A stretch of 64,000 nt of DNA from Octopus vulgaris. Taxonomy: Eukaryota. The notes under the pieces are model-generated. The model saw only the letters and a program-made list of their open reading frames with translations, was not told the origin of the DNA and searched no databases. The stretch is from assembly GCA_951406725.2 (NCBI GenBank), contig OX597826.1, positions 7,192,001-7,256,000 of the forward strand, in the 5' to 3' direction. Both the position numbers and the translations under genes were made by a program. Positions 15,855-28,809 of this stretch are shown here, piece after piece (position 1 is the first letter of the stretch; each line of letters begins with the position of its first letter).

Positions 15855-16512
15855 CAACAACAACAACACTGACATCCATTGCTTTTGTCAATACAAAAAG
15901 TAATAGTAAAAAAACAAAACGAAAAATAGTAACGAAGAATTTAATATCGTACGTCACATTTACCCAGTCTTTAAGCAACAATAACAACAACAAAACAAAA
16001 ACAAACGAAAACAAAGCAAACAAAAAACAGAACAGGCACGACCAACCTATGAAAAATAAAATAACTAAAAAAATAAAGATTATACAATAAAAAAAATGAA
16101 GAACATTGCGCAAATGAGACACTGGGGTTAATGGATGGGGTTGGTGTCCCAAAATGCATTTCGGTTTAATGTATATATTATGTGCCGTTAATTTAATTCA
16201 TACTGTAACACTGTTCGCTCCATTAAAGCATTATCTAGTATCTTTTGTTCGGTTTGTCTATGTGGTTTTTTTTTATGTTTTATTCATTTGTATTTATAGT
16301 ATATTTTTGGTTCTTTTTTTGTTGTTGTTGTTGGTGGTGGTGGTTGTGGTGGCAGAGGGGGGTGTTGGCATATTTGAATTGGCTTTGTCCTGTTCTGATT
16401 TCTGTTGGAGAATTTTGTTGGTATTTATTCCTTATTGTGATTGTTGAGTTTGTTGTGGTTGTTGTGGTTGTTGTTGTTGGTTTATTATTTGTCAACGTTT
16501 TCCCTCATCGAG

Positions 16513-16574
<62 letters not shown>

Positions 16575-16577
16575 ATG

Positions 16578-16615
<38 letters not shown>

Positions 16616-17002
16616 GCGTACGTACACTTTGGTCTCTTATATGTAAGTATATATATATATATATATTTATATATTTATATATTTATATATATATATATAT
16701 ATATAGATATATACACACACAAGTAAATATATATTTATGCATATTTTGTATATACATGAGTGTGTGTTGTGCATATTGTACATGCGTGCATGTGTGTGTG
16801 AATGTATAAAAATATTTGTATGCATACACATGGATATATAGATTTATGCAAGCATATATATCTATAGGTGACTGCCTACAAACACATTTTGCCGCTCATT
16901 TAACAATATATACATACACACACACACACATATAAGTAAAGACACATACATATATTAATATATATATATATGTATATGTCTATATATATATATGTGTGTG
17001 TT

Positions 17003-17052
<50 letters not shown>

Positions 17053-17104
17053 CATATACATACATATGAATATATATGTATATATATGTATATGTATATA
17101 TCTG

Positions 17105-17140
<36 letters not shown>

Positions 17141-17366
17141 GGTCTATATGTACACACATATAGTGTGTGTGTGTTGGCAAGTTATATGTTAAGAATGGCT
17201 CAATGCCATTATAATCGATACACCAGTATGAAAGGAATGAAAATAAACATAAGCAAAACGTGGCCCATTCTTAAAAATTAACCTTTCACTCTGTATGTTA
17301 GAATGTCTAGTTCTCCTCTCGTACATGCAGTCAGTATGCATAAGTGTCGGAAGCATCCGAGTTTTA

Positions 17367-17435
<69 letters not shown>

Positions 17436-17676
17436 TGTAAGCAAAACAATATACATACACAAATCTATGTATGTTAAAATATATCCATATTCTTTTATTT
17501 TACCCTTTTACTTGTTTCAGTCAGTTGCCTGCAGCCATGCTGGAGCACCGCCTTAAAGGGTTTGTAAGCCTAGTACTTATTCTATCGGTCTGTTTTGCTG
17601 AAACCATAAGTTACGGTGACATAAACACACCGGGATCGCTTGTCAAACGATTGCAGGGGAACAAACACAGTCACAC

Positions 17677-18317
17677 AAATTTCGGTATGTGGTGAGGGAA
17701 ATTTTGCTGAACCCTAATTATAATTATGCTCATAATTATAGAATTTTTGTATAAGTTTAACGACAATGGTTCGTTTAACATACCGAACTACTTGGTAAAA
17801 TTATTAATTACTAATTGATTAATTAATTTTACCCTTTTGTATTATTGATAATATAATTCACTCCCTGATAGTAAATTACACTTTCTGCGTGAATTACTCG
17901 AGGCACACGTGGGTGATTGAGGAGGAATGCGAGATCTCATTCGTCTGTTTGATTTCAGAAGCACTGGTTTTTGGATATATGCACTTTGATGATGCTTGGT
18001 CGAATACGCATGTTAATGATCAGTGCTCTCAAATTTAAAAGTTGAAATATTGTACTGAGGAAGGGAGTAAGTGAGTAGAAATATGATATTACATCTTTTT
18101 ACATCTATTTAACCCCGAAACGCGTATACAGTTAATCACAGCCGGGTGGATTCGTTATTTTTACTCTTTAACTGCGTGAGATGTAGAGTACTGCTGTCTG
18201 GGGGATATCTTATAGTAGTAGAATAGTATTTTAACTGCTATTTCTAAATTTTGGTATGTGGTGAAGCAAATTTTACTGAATACTAATTATAATCATGATC
18301 ATAATTACAGAATTATT
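17677..18317 (+). mobile_element. Terminally redundant ~570-bp PLE pseudo-LTR or retrozyme-like unit
   Basis: ~70-bp direct repeat at 17677 and 18246; one well-formed and two degenerate hammerhead motifs. Confidence 0.7.
18051..18130 (+). ncRNA. Type I hammerhead ribozyme motif with extended stem II
   Basis: TGTA-CTGAGGA-A-GGG...CCC-GAAA-CGCG-TA-TACA. Stem I TGTA/TACA, palindromic stem III ACGCGT, stem II insert pairs GTAGAAA/TTTTTAC and ATG/CAT. Confidence 0.75.
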
Positions 18318-18324
18318 TTTTTTG

Positions 18325-18359
<35 letters not shown>

Positions 18360-18871
18360 GTATGCATGTATGTATGTATGCATGTATGCATGTATGTATG
18401 TATACGACGCACGTCATTCAGTTTCCGTCAACCAAATCCACTCGCAATGGTTTAGTCGGCCCGAGTCTATAGTAGAAGACACCTGCCCAAGGACCCACGT
18501 TGTGGGACTGAACCCGGAACCATGTGGTTGGGGAGGAAGCTTCTTACGACACAGCCACACCTGTTATATATATAATTACTTTATACATTTTTATGTATGT
18601 CTTTTGTGTATGTACTGGTCTTCCTTCTGTCTGTCTCTCTTTCTCTCCTTCTCTCTCTTTATATATATATATATATATATGGAATATAACGTGTCTTGTA
18701 TGGTACAACAATGGCACAACAATGCAGAATGGACTATAATAATTGTTATAATCTAATTATTTATAGTCTGATATGATATCTTTCTGAATATAAAAAATTG
18801 TTCAGATATCGCTAGGAATTGAACGAGTCATTGCTACACTCGATTTTCCCACCAGCAGTTTTCATTGCTTT

Positions 18872-18915
18872 AGTCTTCTGATGAATGACTCGCGCCCGCC
18901 CGAAACGTCAGAGTC
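18872..18915 (+). ncRNA. Minimal type I hammerhead motif (degenerate stems)
   Basis: tctt-CTGATGA-A-tgactcgcgcccgccc-GAAA-CG-TC-agagt; canonical core with GUC site. Confidence 0.6.
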
Positions 18916-18982
18916 CATTCTATTTGTCCAACCCATTTCGTCTTCTCTTTGTGCCCATTGACGATTGTATATATATACATAC

Positions 18983-19050
<68 letters not shown>

Positions 19051-19052
<2 letters not shown>

Positions 19053-19246
19053 CGGGAAGGTTTACAAAAATAAACAAAAGACGAAACGAAAGCAGGTGGA
19101 GTACAAACAAACAAACAATTATATTAGTATGGCGCTCAGGAATAGAAATAAAACAAGTCTTTTACGTTTCGAGCCTACGCTCTTCGACAGAAAGATACAC
19201 AGAAAAGAAACATGGAGAGAAAAAAATACGTGTAGGAGCTAACGGT

Positions 19247-19250
<4 letters not shown>
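19051..19250 (-). mobile_element. PLE pseudo-LTR-like fragment between (TA)n tracts, with hammerhead-like motif at 19158-19195
   Basis: Reverse complement TCTTT-CTGTCGA-A-GAGC gtag GCTC-GAAA-CG-TA-AAAGA; homologous to 4251-4434. Confidence 0.75.
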
Positions 19251-19289
<39 letters not shown>

Positions 19290-19344
19290 GTGTGTGTGTT
19301 TGTGTGTGAATGTGAACGTGCGTGTGTGTGTGTATATGTGTATA

Positions 19345-19398
<54 letters not shown>

Positions 19399-19611
19399 GT
19401 TATGTATGCGTGAATATATGTATGGATGAAGAAAGACGAGGGAGAAATAATTTAAGAGAGAGAGAGAGAGAGAGACACAGAGAGAGTGAGAGAGACCATT
19501 GCTTAGAGAAGAAATGTTTAATTCATTCGATATGCGGTTTGCTTGCTATTTAAATAGTCACCTAATTATGCGTCTCAGTAGCAATTTCTACCATTAATAC
19601 TCGCACAAAAC

Positions 19612-19657
<46 letters not shown>

Positions 19658-19715
19658 CTATATATATGGACATATGAACACGTATACTTATAAACATTCT
19701 TCTCTTTCGCTCTCG

Positions 19716-19756
<41 letters not shown>

Positions 19757-20058
19757 ATACTTTCTCGCACACTTGAGTGTATATACATATATTCATGATT
19801 CTCTAAGTGTGTAATCATTAAGCACAATATGAATAAACACATGAGAAACCTATCAGATGATTGTGTAATAATTTGTATTGCAACTAGTTAACATCTCATT
19901 ACATTTCGTATTATTTGCAATAACATTCAAGAACTGATCATTGTCATATTATCTATGAAATTATATGAAAGGTAATAATCGCTCATAGGCCGGACATATG
20001 TTCGTATAAATGCTTCAAATATTTACACATGCACACATACATGTATACATGTGTATTC

Positions 20059-20095
<37 letters not shown>

Positions 20096-20124
20096 AGAGC
20101 AAAGTGTACGTACGCCGATATATA

Positions 20125-20165
<41 letters not shown>

Positions 20166-20168
<3 letters not shown>

Positions 20169-21660
20169 AAATACAAAATGAGACAAGAACGCAAAACATC
20201 CGGACAGCTAGGTGATACAAAAAGGGACAAAAAAACATCCAGATAGACGAGTTATTTCCTCTTTCTTCTATGGATATTATGCTTGTCGAATTGGAGGTTT
20301 CCTTCTAGACGCTCTTTCTTAATAGCGAAGTTGATAGAGATAACGGGTCAGTACACTGAATAATTTGGTGTTTCCCAGCCAGAAGACATCAGTCAAGAAA
20401 TCCCACATTGACCTGAATGGGATCCTGTCGTACATTTTATTGCTGAAGGTGGGATTGTAAGAAACATTTGTCTGCCAAAGTAGATCGGGTAACACCAAGT
20501 TGCGCTGCCAGCCCTCCGCGGTGGTCAGGTCTCTGGTGGGGTGAAATCTCAGCCCACCAGGCCCCGCAAATATACCGATCCTGCGAACTGCAGGAAGATG
20601 AAATTGACGAGCTGTGGTCACGCTTTCGTTCAGAACACGGCCGGACGCCAAGAACGGAACATTTCCCCCACCTCCTAGGGGAAGGTGGTGGGAAAGGAGG
20701 AAGGATGTGATCTGTTACGACTCGCCCTTCTTTCGAATGTCTGAAGTAACGTCCGTAGAAAATTTTCGTGATACTCTGAAATGCCCTTCCCCTGAAATGT
20801 ACATAACAGCATCCACAGCATGAGTACCCTCAACCTGCCCCATTCCGCGGCTCGTAATATAGCAAGTTTAATAGCTGTTTCTATTAGGACGAAGCTTGCT
20901 AGACATTATGTGCCGAGTAACCTCAGCAGATGTTTGTTTCTTGGGTTGATCCTAGAGTGGATGAACCAGGATCAGGCTCTTCTGCTCCGGAGTAGAAAGT
21001 AAGAGCCGGATCAACGCGGCTAAGAGCACATCAGAGAATCCCTTGGATTTGTCTCAACTTGGGCCCTTCTCTATAAATGGTCCTCACCTAATGCACCACC
21101 ACCCGTCTAAACTGGACCTAATTCATGTTGCAGGAGGTACTCCTGTAGATAACTGCCGCGCCCATGACGTTTTCCCCTATGTAGGCAATTCTTGCATAAA
21201 TATGAGGTGGTTGCACAAAAGCCCTACATTTTACTCAAGGACCACGGTTAATCCTATACGATGAAGCATTTTGATACCTCAGTACTCCTCAAAACTGAGA
21301 CTGAAAATCCATTCTCACTAACAATGTTCACTAATTAAGCAATAATCTTATCACCTATGTTTGGTATTAGTCAATATTGGGGATCACGAAACTTTACCAG
21401 GGAGGTAGACGGCCAGATAAGTTAAGGGTTAGAAGTTATTTGAACACATCCTTAGCTAACGTAGCGAAATAGGAACTTATTGCACTCATCAAAAGTGTAG
21501 GACGTTCCCATGTTACTAAATGGGGAAGTACCGGCACCGTGAAGTAAAACATTATGCAATGACCTCGAGACTTAGCCACTTGAATTTCACCGTTACATAA
21601 CTATTTTAATGATTTGCCGACAGAACATGAGCCCTTAGAAGAGATCCCTCTCTTCCCAAA
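20166..21660 (+). mobile_element. Degraded GC-richer retroelement, possibly the 5' region of a Penelope-like element
   Basis: First ~80 bp match the reverse complement of the TA-embedded repeat at 35057-35172. KLARHYVPSNLSRCLFLGLI resembles the H..FLSRCL..LIP motif of PLE ORF N-termini. No RT motifs seen. Confidence 0.4.
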
Positions 21661-21854
21661 TCCTGTGTGTATATATTTTATCTTTTTTTCTGTCATTTGA
21701 TAGCGGACATGCTGTAGCACCACCTTGATGAATGATTAGTCGAATGAACTGAACACAGTACTTTTTTGAAACATGGTACCGGCCTCTACATCCTATTGTT
21801 ATATTTGCATCACACTCAACCACACACACACACATATATATATATATATTTCAT

Positions 21855-22069
21855 TCAGTATGTGACCGTGTGTGTATCGTTGGCGATTCGTCTTCCTCTG
21901 TCTTCCCTTCCTTGGGTCCTTCCTTTTCCTATGTTTCTGACGAAGAGTTCCGCTCGAAACCTTAAATCCTCCTTCTTTCTTTCTTTTCCTGAGCGTCCAA
22001 TAACACTATACTTGTTCCACGTCCTCGCGTTGTTGTGTATTCTCTTTGTATTTTCATGTTTGGATTAAC
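21855..22069 (+). mobile_element. PLE pseudo-LTR-like fragment between (TA)n tracts, with hammerhead motif at 21933-21967
   Basis: gttt-CTGACGA-A-GAG ttccg CTC-GAAA-CCT-TA-aat; same layout as 4251 and 19051 (motif followed by TTCCYGAGCG). Confidence 0.7.
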
Positions 22070-22110
22070 TATATATATATACGGAGATATATATAACTAT
22101 ATATATACAT

Positions 22111-22343
22111 AAGGCAGCGAGCTGGCAGACACGTTAGCGCACCGGGCGGAATGCTTAGCGGTATTTCGTCTGTCGTTACGTTCTGAGTTCTAATTCTGCC
22201 GAGGTCGACTTTGCCTTTCATCCTTTCGGGGTCGATAAATAAAAGTACCAGTTTCGCACTGGGGTCGATGTAATCGACTTAATCCCTTTGTCTGTCCTTG
22301 TTTATCCTCTCTATGTTTAGCCCCTTGTGGGCAATAAAGAAAT
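22111..22343 (+). mobile_element. Full-length Nin/Deu-type tRNA-derived SINE (group 2)
   Basis: AAGGCAGCGAGCTGGCAGA head, GCCTTTCATCCTTTCGGGGTCGATAAA..AGTACCAG domain, tail CCCCTTGTGGGCAATAAAGAAATA. Confidence 0.9.
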
Positions 22344-22352
22344 ATATATATA

Positions 22353-22778
22353 TACGGAGAGCTTGCTAGGACCAGGCACTAGGTCTGTGGGAAGACCGTT
22401 CTTACGATACAAGGATGTTTGCAAATGTGACATGAAGGCCTGCAACATCAATATTAGCAACTGGGAAGCAGTTGCCAGCAACCGTGGAGATTGGCGACGT
22501 ACCGTAAAAGAGGGAACACAAAGGAGTGTCAGTGAGAGAGAGAGGAGAAATGGAAAGACAAGAAAAGACGTCAACAAGAAACTATGACATTATAACCATC
22601 CAGGCAAAGCCTTCGCTACATTTGCAGCACCTGCCAGAGGGAGTGTTTGTCCAGGTTAGGACTACACAGCCACAGTAGATGTATTAAGACATGAAATGTA
22701 AAAACTGAACTAGATTATTTTATGCGCAATTCCATTGTTTCCCGAGACGAAAAGGATGCCAACAACAACAACAACAAC
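22353..22778 (+). mobile_element. RTE (BovB-like) LINE 3' end
   Basis: YGEL..GTRSVGRPFLRYKDVCKCDMKACNINISNWEAVASNRGDWR, C2H2-like YICSTCQRECLSRLGLHSHSR, 3'UTR and (CAA)n tail. Confidence 0.88.
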
Positions 22779-23815
22779 TGCTATTCAGTATCTCTCTATA
22801 TAATAATAAACAAATACGACAATTATTATCGATTTTATCGTATATTTTCTAATATTGTGACAGTCACACTATTTCAGTTGGTCTGTGTGTGGGTGTCAGT
22901 TCATTAGGAGAAATACGTCACAAATATACAATATTACAAGCGTTGCTTAAAAATTAAGAAACTACAATTGAAAAAATCGCACGCTCAAAAGAGTCACAGA
23001 ATGTCATAATAAACTTTAAAACGTATGAGACTAGCATTGCTGCTCAAAAATATTGAATTCGCTATATGTTGGACATTCTGTGGCATTCTTTTATCACAAG
23101 AAATGTGTTTAGTTCAATCCAAATTAAGTTATATTAGGAAATTAATTAAGTTAAATTATCGTATACTCTTAAAAAAATAATTGTGTACAAATACTAATGT
23201 CATCTTTTTGCAGTAACTCAATCTATGAATGATAATTTTTTATAAATTTACAAGTAATCAATGAAAAATAATTTAGTAATAATTTGCTTAATTCGCATAA
23301 CTATTCCATGAATATGCGTATCATAATGCGAAATATCTTTGCTTATAATTATTTTGGTATCTTACTTTCGCTGTTATATTGAGTCGACTTCATCATAAAC
23401 CAATTTTTTTAAAAAATATTAATATGGCAATGTGTATGCAGTGTTAAATATGGTTTTATATATTTTGGTATAATGAGTATTATAATGAATTTACTTATTT
23501 CAAGTTAAATATCATATTTTCTACATTTTCAAATATTTATATGAAGAATTCGGTGTAATAATTATCGTGACATTGTAATTCACACATGAGTCTCTTTTCG
23601 TTTTAAGAAGCCACAGAAAGTACGAGACATAGTGAACCCAATATTTTTTAGGAACAATGCTAGTTCCATACCTTTGAAAGGGCTTATTATGCCATTCTAT
23701 AACCCTTTTGAGCGTGGACATTTTTCAGCTCTAGTATATATATATATGTGTGTGTGTGTGTCTGTGTGTGTGTTTGTGAGTGTGTGTGTGTGCGTGTGTG
23801 GGTGCGTTTGTGCAA

Positions 23816-23864
<49 letters not shown>

Positions 23865-24012
23865 AATATATATATATATATAAATATACAACAGTCGAAT
23901 ACACAAACGTGCGCACACACACACACATGCACGCGCAAGTGCATACACACCCAATGCGTATAAACGGTGAGCCAAAATTTCGCACCAAAGCAGTTGACAT
24001 TTTATTAAACTC

Positions 24013-24068
<56 letters not shown>

Positions 24069-25354
24069 TTATTATTGTTGTTGTTGTTGTTGTTGTCTTT
24101 GAGAACGGCGGCGTGCTGGCAAATATCAGTTCAAATTCCGCCGAGGTCGATTTTGCGTTTCAGCCTTTTGGGGTCGCTTAAATAAGTACCAGTTGAACAC
24201 TGTGGTCGATGTAATCGATTCCTCACCACTTCCCTCTAGCTGCCCTTTTGGCAAAAATTTGAAATGATAATTAATGTTATTCATTTTCATCATCATGTAC
24301 GTGTGTATCCATCATCATTTTATTTATTTCAGTCAGTTTTAGAAAAACTGAAGCATGCCTTTATCAATTCCGATGCGTTTTTAATTCAATGCAAATTTAT
24401 TTTGTCCGTGACTTTTGGCCCACCCTGTGTTAGATAATACAAGTTTTCAATAATGTTTTTATTTGGAAAGGCTCTGCATGAAGAACGAATTGTTTTAATA
24501 TGTATGCTTACTCTACATGTCATCATGCGTCTCTGTGTAGAGGTTTCAGCCATGAACCGAAATCTGTAATGATTGCTTCTGTGAAGGAAGCTGTTGTCTC
24601 TTGTCTCTTTTGTCAAACAGTTTCCTTGATAGTAAAGGGACGCCAATTGACTGCTCCAATAACCAAACAACACCCCCTCACAGACACAAGCACACACATA
24701 CACAAACAAGTATATACAGGCAAACAAAATAAAATTAAAACAAGAAAACTACCAGCAGCTTCCTGTTAAGGTACAAGAGCGTAGAATTAAAGAAAAGTGA
24801 GAGCTGATAGCGCATATACAGCCATACGTGTATACGACCGATTGGCCAAAGCAGAAAAGAACAAATTGAAAACACAGGCGAAGGACAATATTCGAAACAA
24901 AAACTGTGGACAGAAAGTTAGCATAAAAACGGAGAGAATAAATATTTCTCTATTTCAAGAAATGATGAAATACATTTGTAATAACATATGGCATGAAAGA
25001 ATTTCGTTGTCGCATTTTTTTATATTGTCTTTTTTTTTTTTATTATTATTATTGAAAAAAAAAAGGCATAAAAGAAATAATGCCAAAAGGAATGAAAATA
25101 AACGTTCAGCAAAATAACAGGAAAATAAAAAAAAGATGGTGGTCCAGGAAAGCAGTGCGTCTACACAAACGGTATGTGTGTGTTTATGTATGTATATATG
25201 TATGTATATATGTATGTATGTATGTGTAAATATATATGTGTATATGAATATATTTGTATATAGATACATATATCTTTATATATATATATGTATATATATG
25301 TATATATATGTATATACATATAAATGTATTCCTACATGTATATGCATATGTATG

Positions 25355-25397
<43 letters not shown>

Positions 25398-26036
25398 CTA
25401 TAGATGTATGTATATATATATGTATGCATGTATGTATGTATGTATGTATATGTATATATGTATGCATGTATGTATGTATGTATGTATGTATATGTATATA
25501 TGTATGTATGTATTAGCAATTGATGGGGAAAATGGAAGAATCGAAAGCAAAAAGTAAAAAGAAAAACAGAAATATTAAGGAAAAAATAGCAAATAATAAT
25601 AATAATAATAGAAAGAATAATAATAATAATAATAAAACTGATAAATACGAAATGTTTGGATTTTTCTTGAGACAGTGGGAAAAATATAAGTATGAGATCT
25701 AAAACGGAAGGAAGTTGAAAATAGAAGTGCGACAAAAAGAGTTGGCGGAAAATGGAGAAAAATGAAAAGAAATGTGTATGGAAAAATGATATGTAACTGA
25801 AAGTCAAATAGTGATGAGAATGCTTTGTCGATGAAGAGATAAGTGTGAAGGGCGGTTCGAGATGAGTAAATATGCGAAAGCAAGTGAACAAAATAGAAAA
25901 GATGTAAACGTTGAAAATGATGAAGAAAGTGGAAGGGGAGGTAAAGAGTATGAGAAAAAAAACTATAAAAGTGGTGATGGGGAGGAGGAAGACGAGAAAA
26001 ACGATGTCGATGGAGAGGCGTAGGAAAATTATATCG

Positions 26037-26039
<3 letters not shown>

Positions 26040-26101
<62 letters not shown>

Positions 26102-26204
26102 TAAATATAATAAAAAATAATAATGATGATGATGTTGATGATGATAGTGACGTGGTTCATTTTAAACATGTTAATAATAATAATAATAATAATAATAACA
26201 ATAA

Positions 26205-26264
<60 letters not shown>

Positions 26265-26491
26265 AAGAAGAAAAGAAGAAGAAGAAGAAAAAGAAGAAGA
26301 AGAAAAAGAAAAAGAAGAAGAAGAAGAAGAAGAAGAAGAAGAAGAAAAAGAAGAAGAAGAAGAAAAAGAAGAAGAAGAAGAAGAAGAAGAAGAAAAAGAA
26401 GAAGAAAAAGAAGAAGAAGAAGAAAAAGAAGAAGAAGAAGAAGAAGAAGAAGAAGAAGAAGAAGAAGAAGAAGAAGAAGAAGAAGAAGAAG

Positions 26492-26520
<29 letters not shown>
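26040..26520. repeat. Compound (AAT)n and (GAA)n microsatellite
   Basis: Read directly. Confidence 0.97.
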
Positions 26521-26522
<2 letters not shown>

Positions 26523-26665
26523 CATAAAGGGGCCAAAGCAGCACGATATGAGGACTCGGAACGAAAGAACGGTGCAATGAATGAAACTAAAGCGATCATC
26601 TCTTAGACCGATTTTAGGACTAGCTTTTTAGCTTGTTGCAAAATCGGCGACTACGCGTCGCTTGA

Positions 26666-27069
<404 letters not shown>

Positions 27070-27140
27070 ATATATATACACGGAGATATTCTTGCATAGC
27101 GAGTGACGTGAGCTGAGATTGTGTGCTGGAACGAAAAACA

Positions 27141-27413
27141 TTGCAGCGTGGAAGGTGTTTGTAAGCAATTTAAGAAACACACAAAAACCGTTAGATTCAC
27201 GTCAACTTTTAAATTTAATTCGTCAAAATATTTTCGTCGCTTTGAGACTGCGACCTGTTCACTGACAAAGTTCGTGCTGCACGAAGTTTTGTCAGTGAAC
27301 AAGTCTCGGTCTGAAAGCCACGAAAATATTTTAACAAAAAAAATTTTAATGTTGAAGTGAATCTAAAGGTTTTGTGTTTCTTAAATGGCTTATAAACACC
27401 TTCCACGCTGCAA
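27141..27413. repeat. ~270-bp imperfect palindrome (arms ~135 bp, 3-nt loop at 27277-27279) with a hammerhead variant in each arm
   Basis: TTGCAGCGTGGAAGGTGTTT... pairs with ...AAACACCTTCCACGCTGCAA; centre TTCGTG-ctg-CACGAA. Confidence 0.92.
27220..27268 (-). ncRNA. Hammerhead-like motif, G3-C8 core variant
   Basis: TTGTCA-GTGAACA-G-GTCGC agtctcaaa GCGAC-GAAA-ATAT-TT-TGACGA; 6-bp stem I, 5-bp stem II, palindromic stem III AATATT. Confidence 0.7.
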
Positions 27414-27424
27414 TTGTTATATAT

Positions 27425-27736
27425 ATCACGTGATCACGTGACCAACCAGACCATCAGATGCTGTTACACATCGCTGGTCACAATGCGTTCGCATTGTTTT
27501 AACCTTCGAATGACGCCACCCCGCTGGCTAAGCGAGCAGGCCAACAGAAGAAAGAGTGGAAGATAGAGTGGTGAAAGAGTAAGAGTACAGCAGGGATGAC
27601 CACCCCCTGCCGGATCCTCGTGGAGCTTTCAGGTGTTTTCGCTCAATAAACACTCACAACGCCCGGTCTGGGAATCGAAACCGCGATCCTACAACCGCGA
27701 GTCCGCTGCCCTAACAACTGGGCCATTGCGCCTCCA
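27425..27736 (-). mobile_element. Full-length tRNA-derived SINE (group 3)
   Basis: Head TGGAGGCGCAATGGCCCAGTTGTTAGGGCAGCGGACTCGCG..GTTTCGATTCCCAGACC; homologous to 32801-33085 and 42724-42810. Confidence 0.9.
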
Positions 27737-28809
27737 TACACACACGCACACACACACAGACACACACATATATATGTATATATAGAAGCAACTTATTTAG
27801 AAATGGATGTGTGCGTTCCGTCATATAATAACAAATTAATAAATAAAACATATGCATATATACATACATATATGTACGTACCTACATCTGCATGTATATA
27901 TACATGCATATATGGGTACAGGACACCAAAATAAAAACGTCGAACACGATGAGAAACGAAAACATAAACACAAAACCAAGGAAATGGACATTTTTCTTAA
28001 ACAACAAAAAAAATAGAGTACACGACATACAACACAAGGAAAATTCCCCTTCTTCAGTCGCCTCTGTTTCATCTACACCGCGTTCGAAGGTGAAGACGAG
28101 ACACGACTTCGGTGAAACATTCCTTCCCGCAAAAAGCAAATTAAATAAAATTTGAGATTTTTTTGCGGAGGGGTAAAAATGGTAACAAAAACAGGGCAGT
28201 AAAGACAGTACAAATTATAAACAGTAAAAGACAGAGCAAGGAGTATAACAGTAACACAGAGAAGAAGGGCTGTTAAGCCGAACGAGATAAAATATAACGA
28301 ACGCTATTTTTAAGAACGGCGAAGGAGCCACAGAAAATGCCGTCTACACTCGGGTGAAGCAAGGTTAGAAAAGACAGTAGTTTCCTCATCGCTGACCAGC
28401 GACGGGACAGGGGAGGAGGAGTAAGAAAAAGGGAAGTGGGGGGAGAAAAAAGAGGAATGGTTGTAGAGAAAACCAGAAAGAATGAAGAATGAGGGAGAGG
28501 GAGGGAGAGACAGTAAGGTAGAATAAAAGGAAACAAGAAACAATGAAGGCTAAGAAAGGGAGGGGGACAGAAAGGTTAAGAGTGCGCATCATTATTAATA
28601 TTAAGAACCAATTTACTTAGAAATGGATATGTTTTATTTATTAATTTGTTATTATATGACGGAACGCACGCATCCATTTAGCATATACAGCTGCTTACAC
28701 TTATCAAGTATTCCCTCTAAATTTACAGTATATATATATATGTGTGTGTATGTATGTGTGTGTATGTATGTGCCAAAACCTGAAACCATTATTAGAAGAA
28801 CTAGTAATA

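Larger units (their letters stand above)
17493..18563 (-). mobile_element. Group 1 SINE split in two (17493-17676 and 18403-18563) by an insertion into its internal microsatellite
   Basis: Both halves match 10987-11393 in reverse complement and are colinear. Confidence 0.85.

Noticed and set aside
24403-24428. Isolated mariner/maT-like TIR end (GACTTTTGGCCCACCCTG); similar GCCCTGTA near 38220
   Set aside because: No matching opposite TIR or transposase sequence identified.
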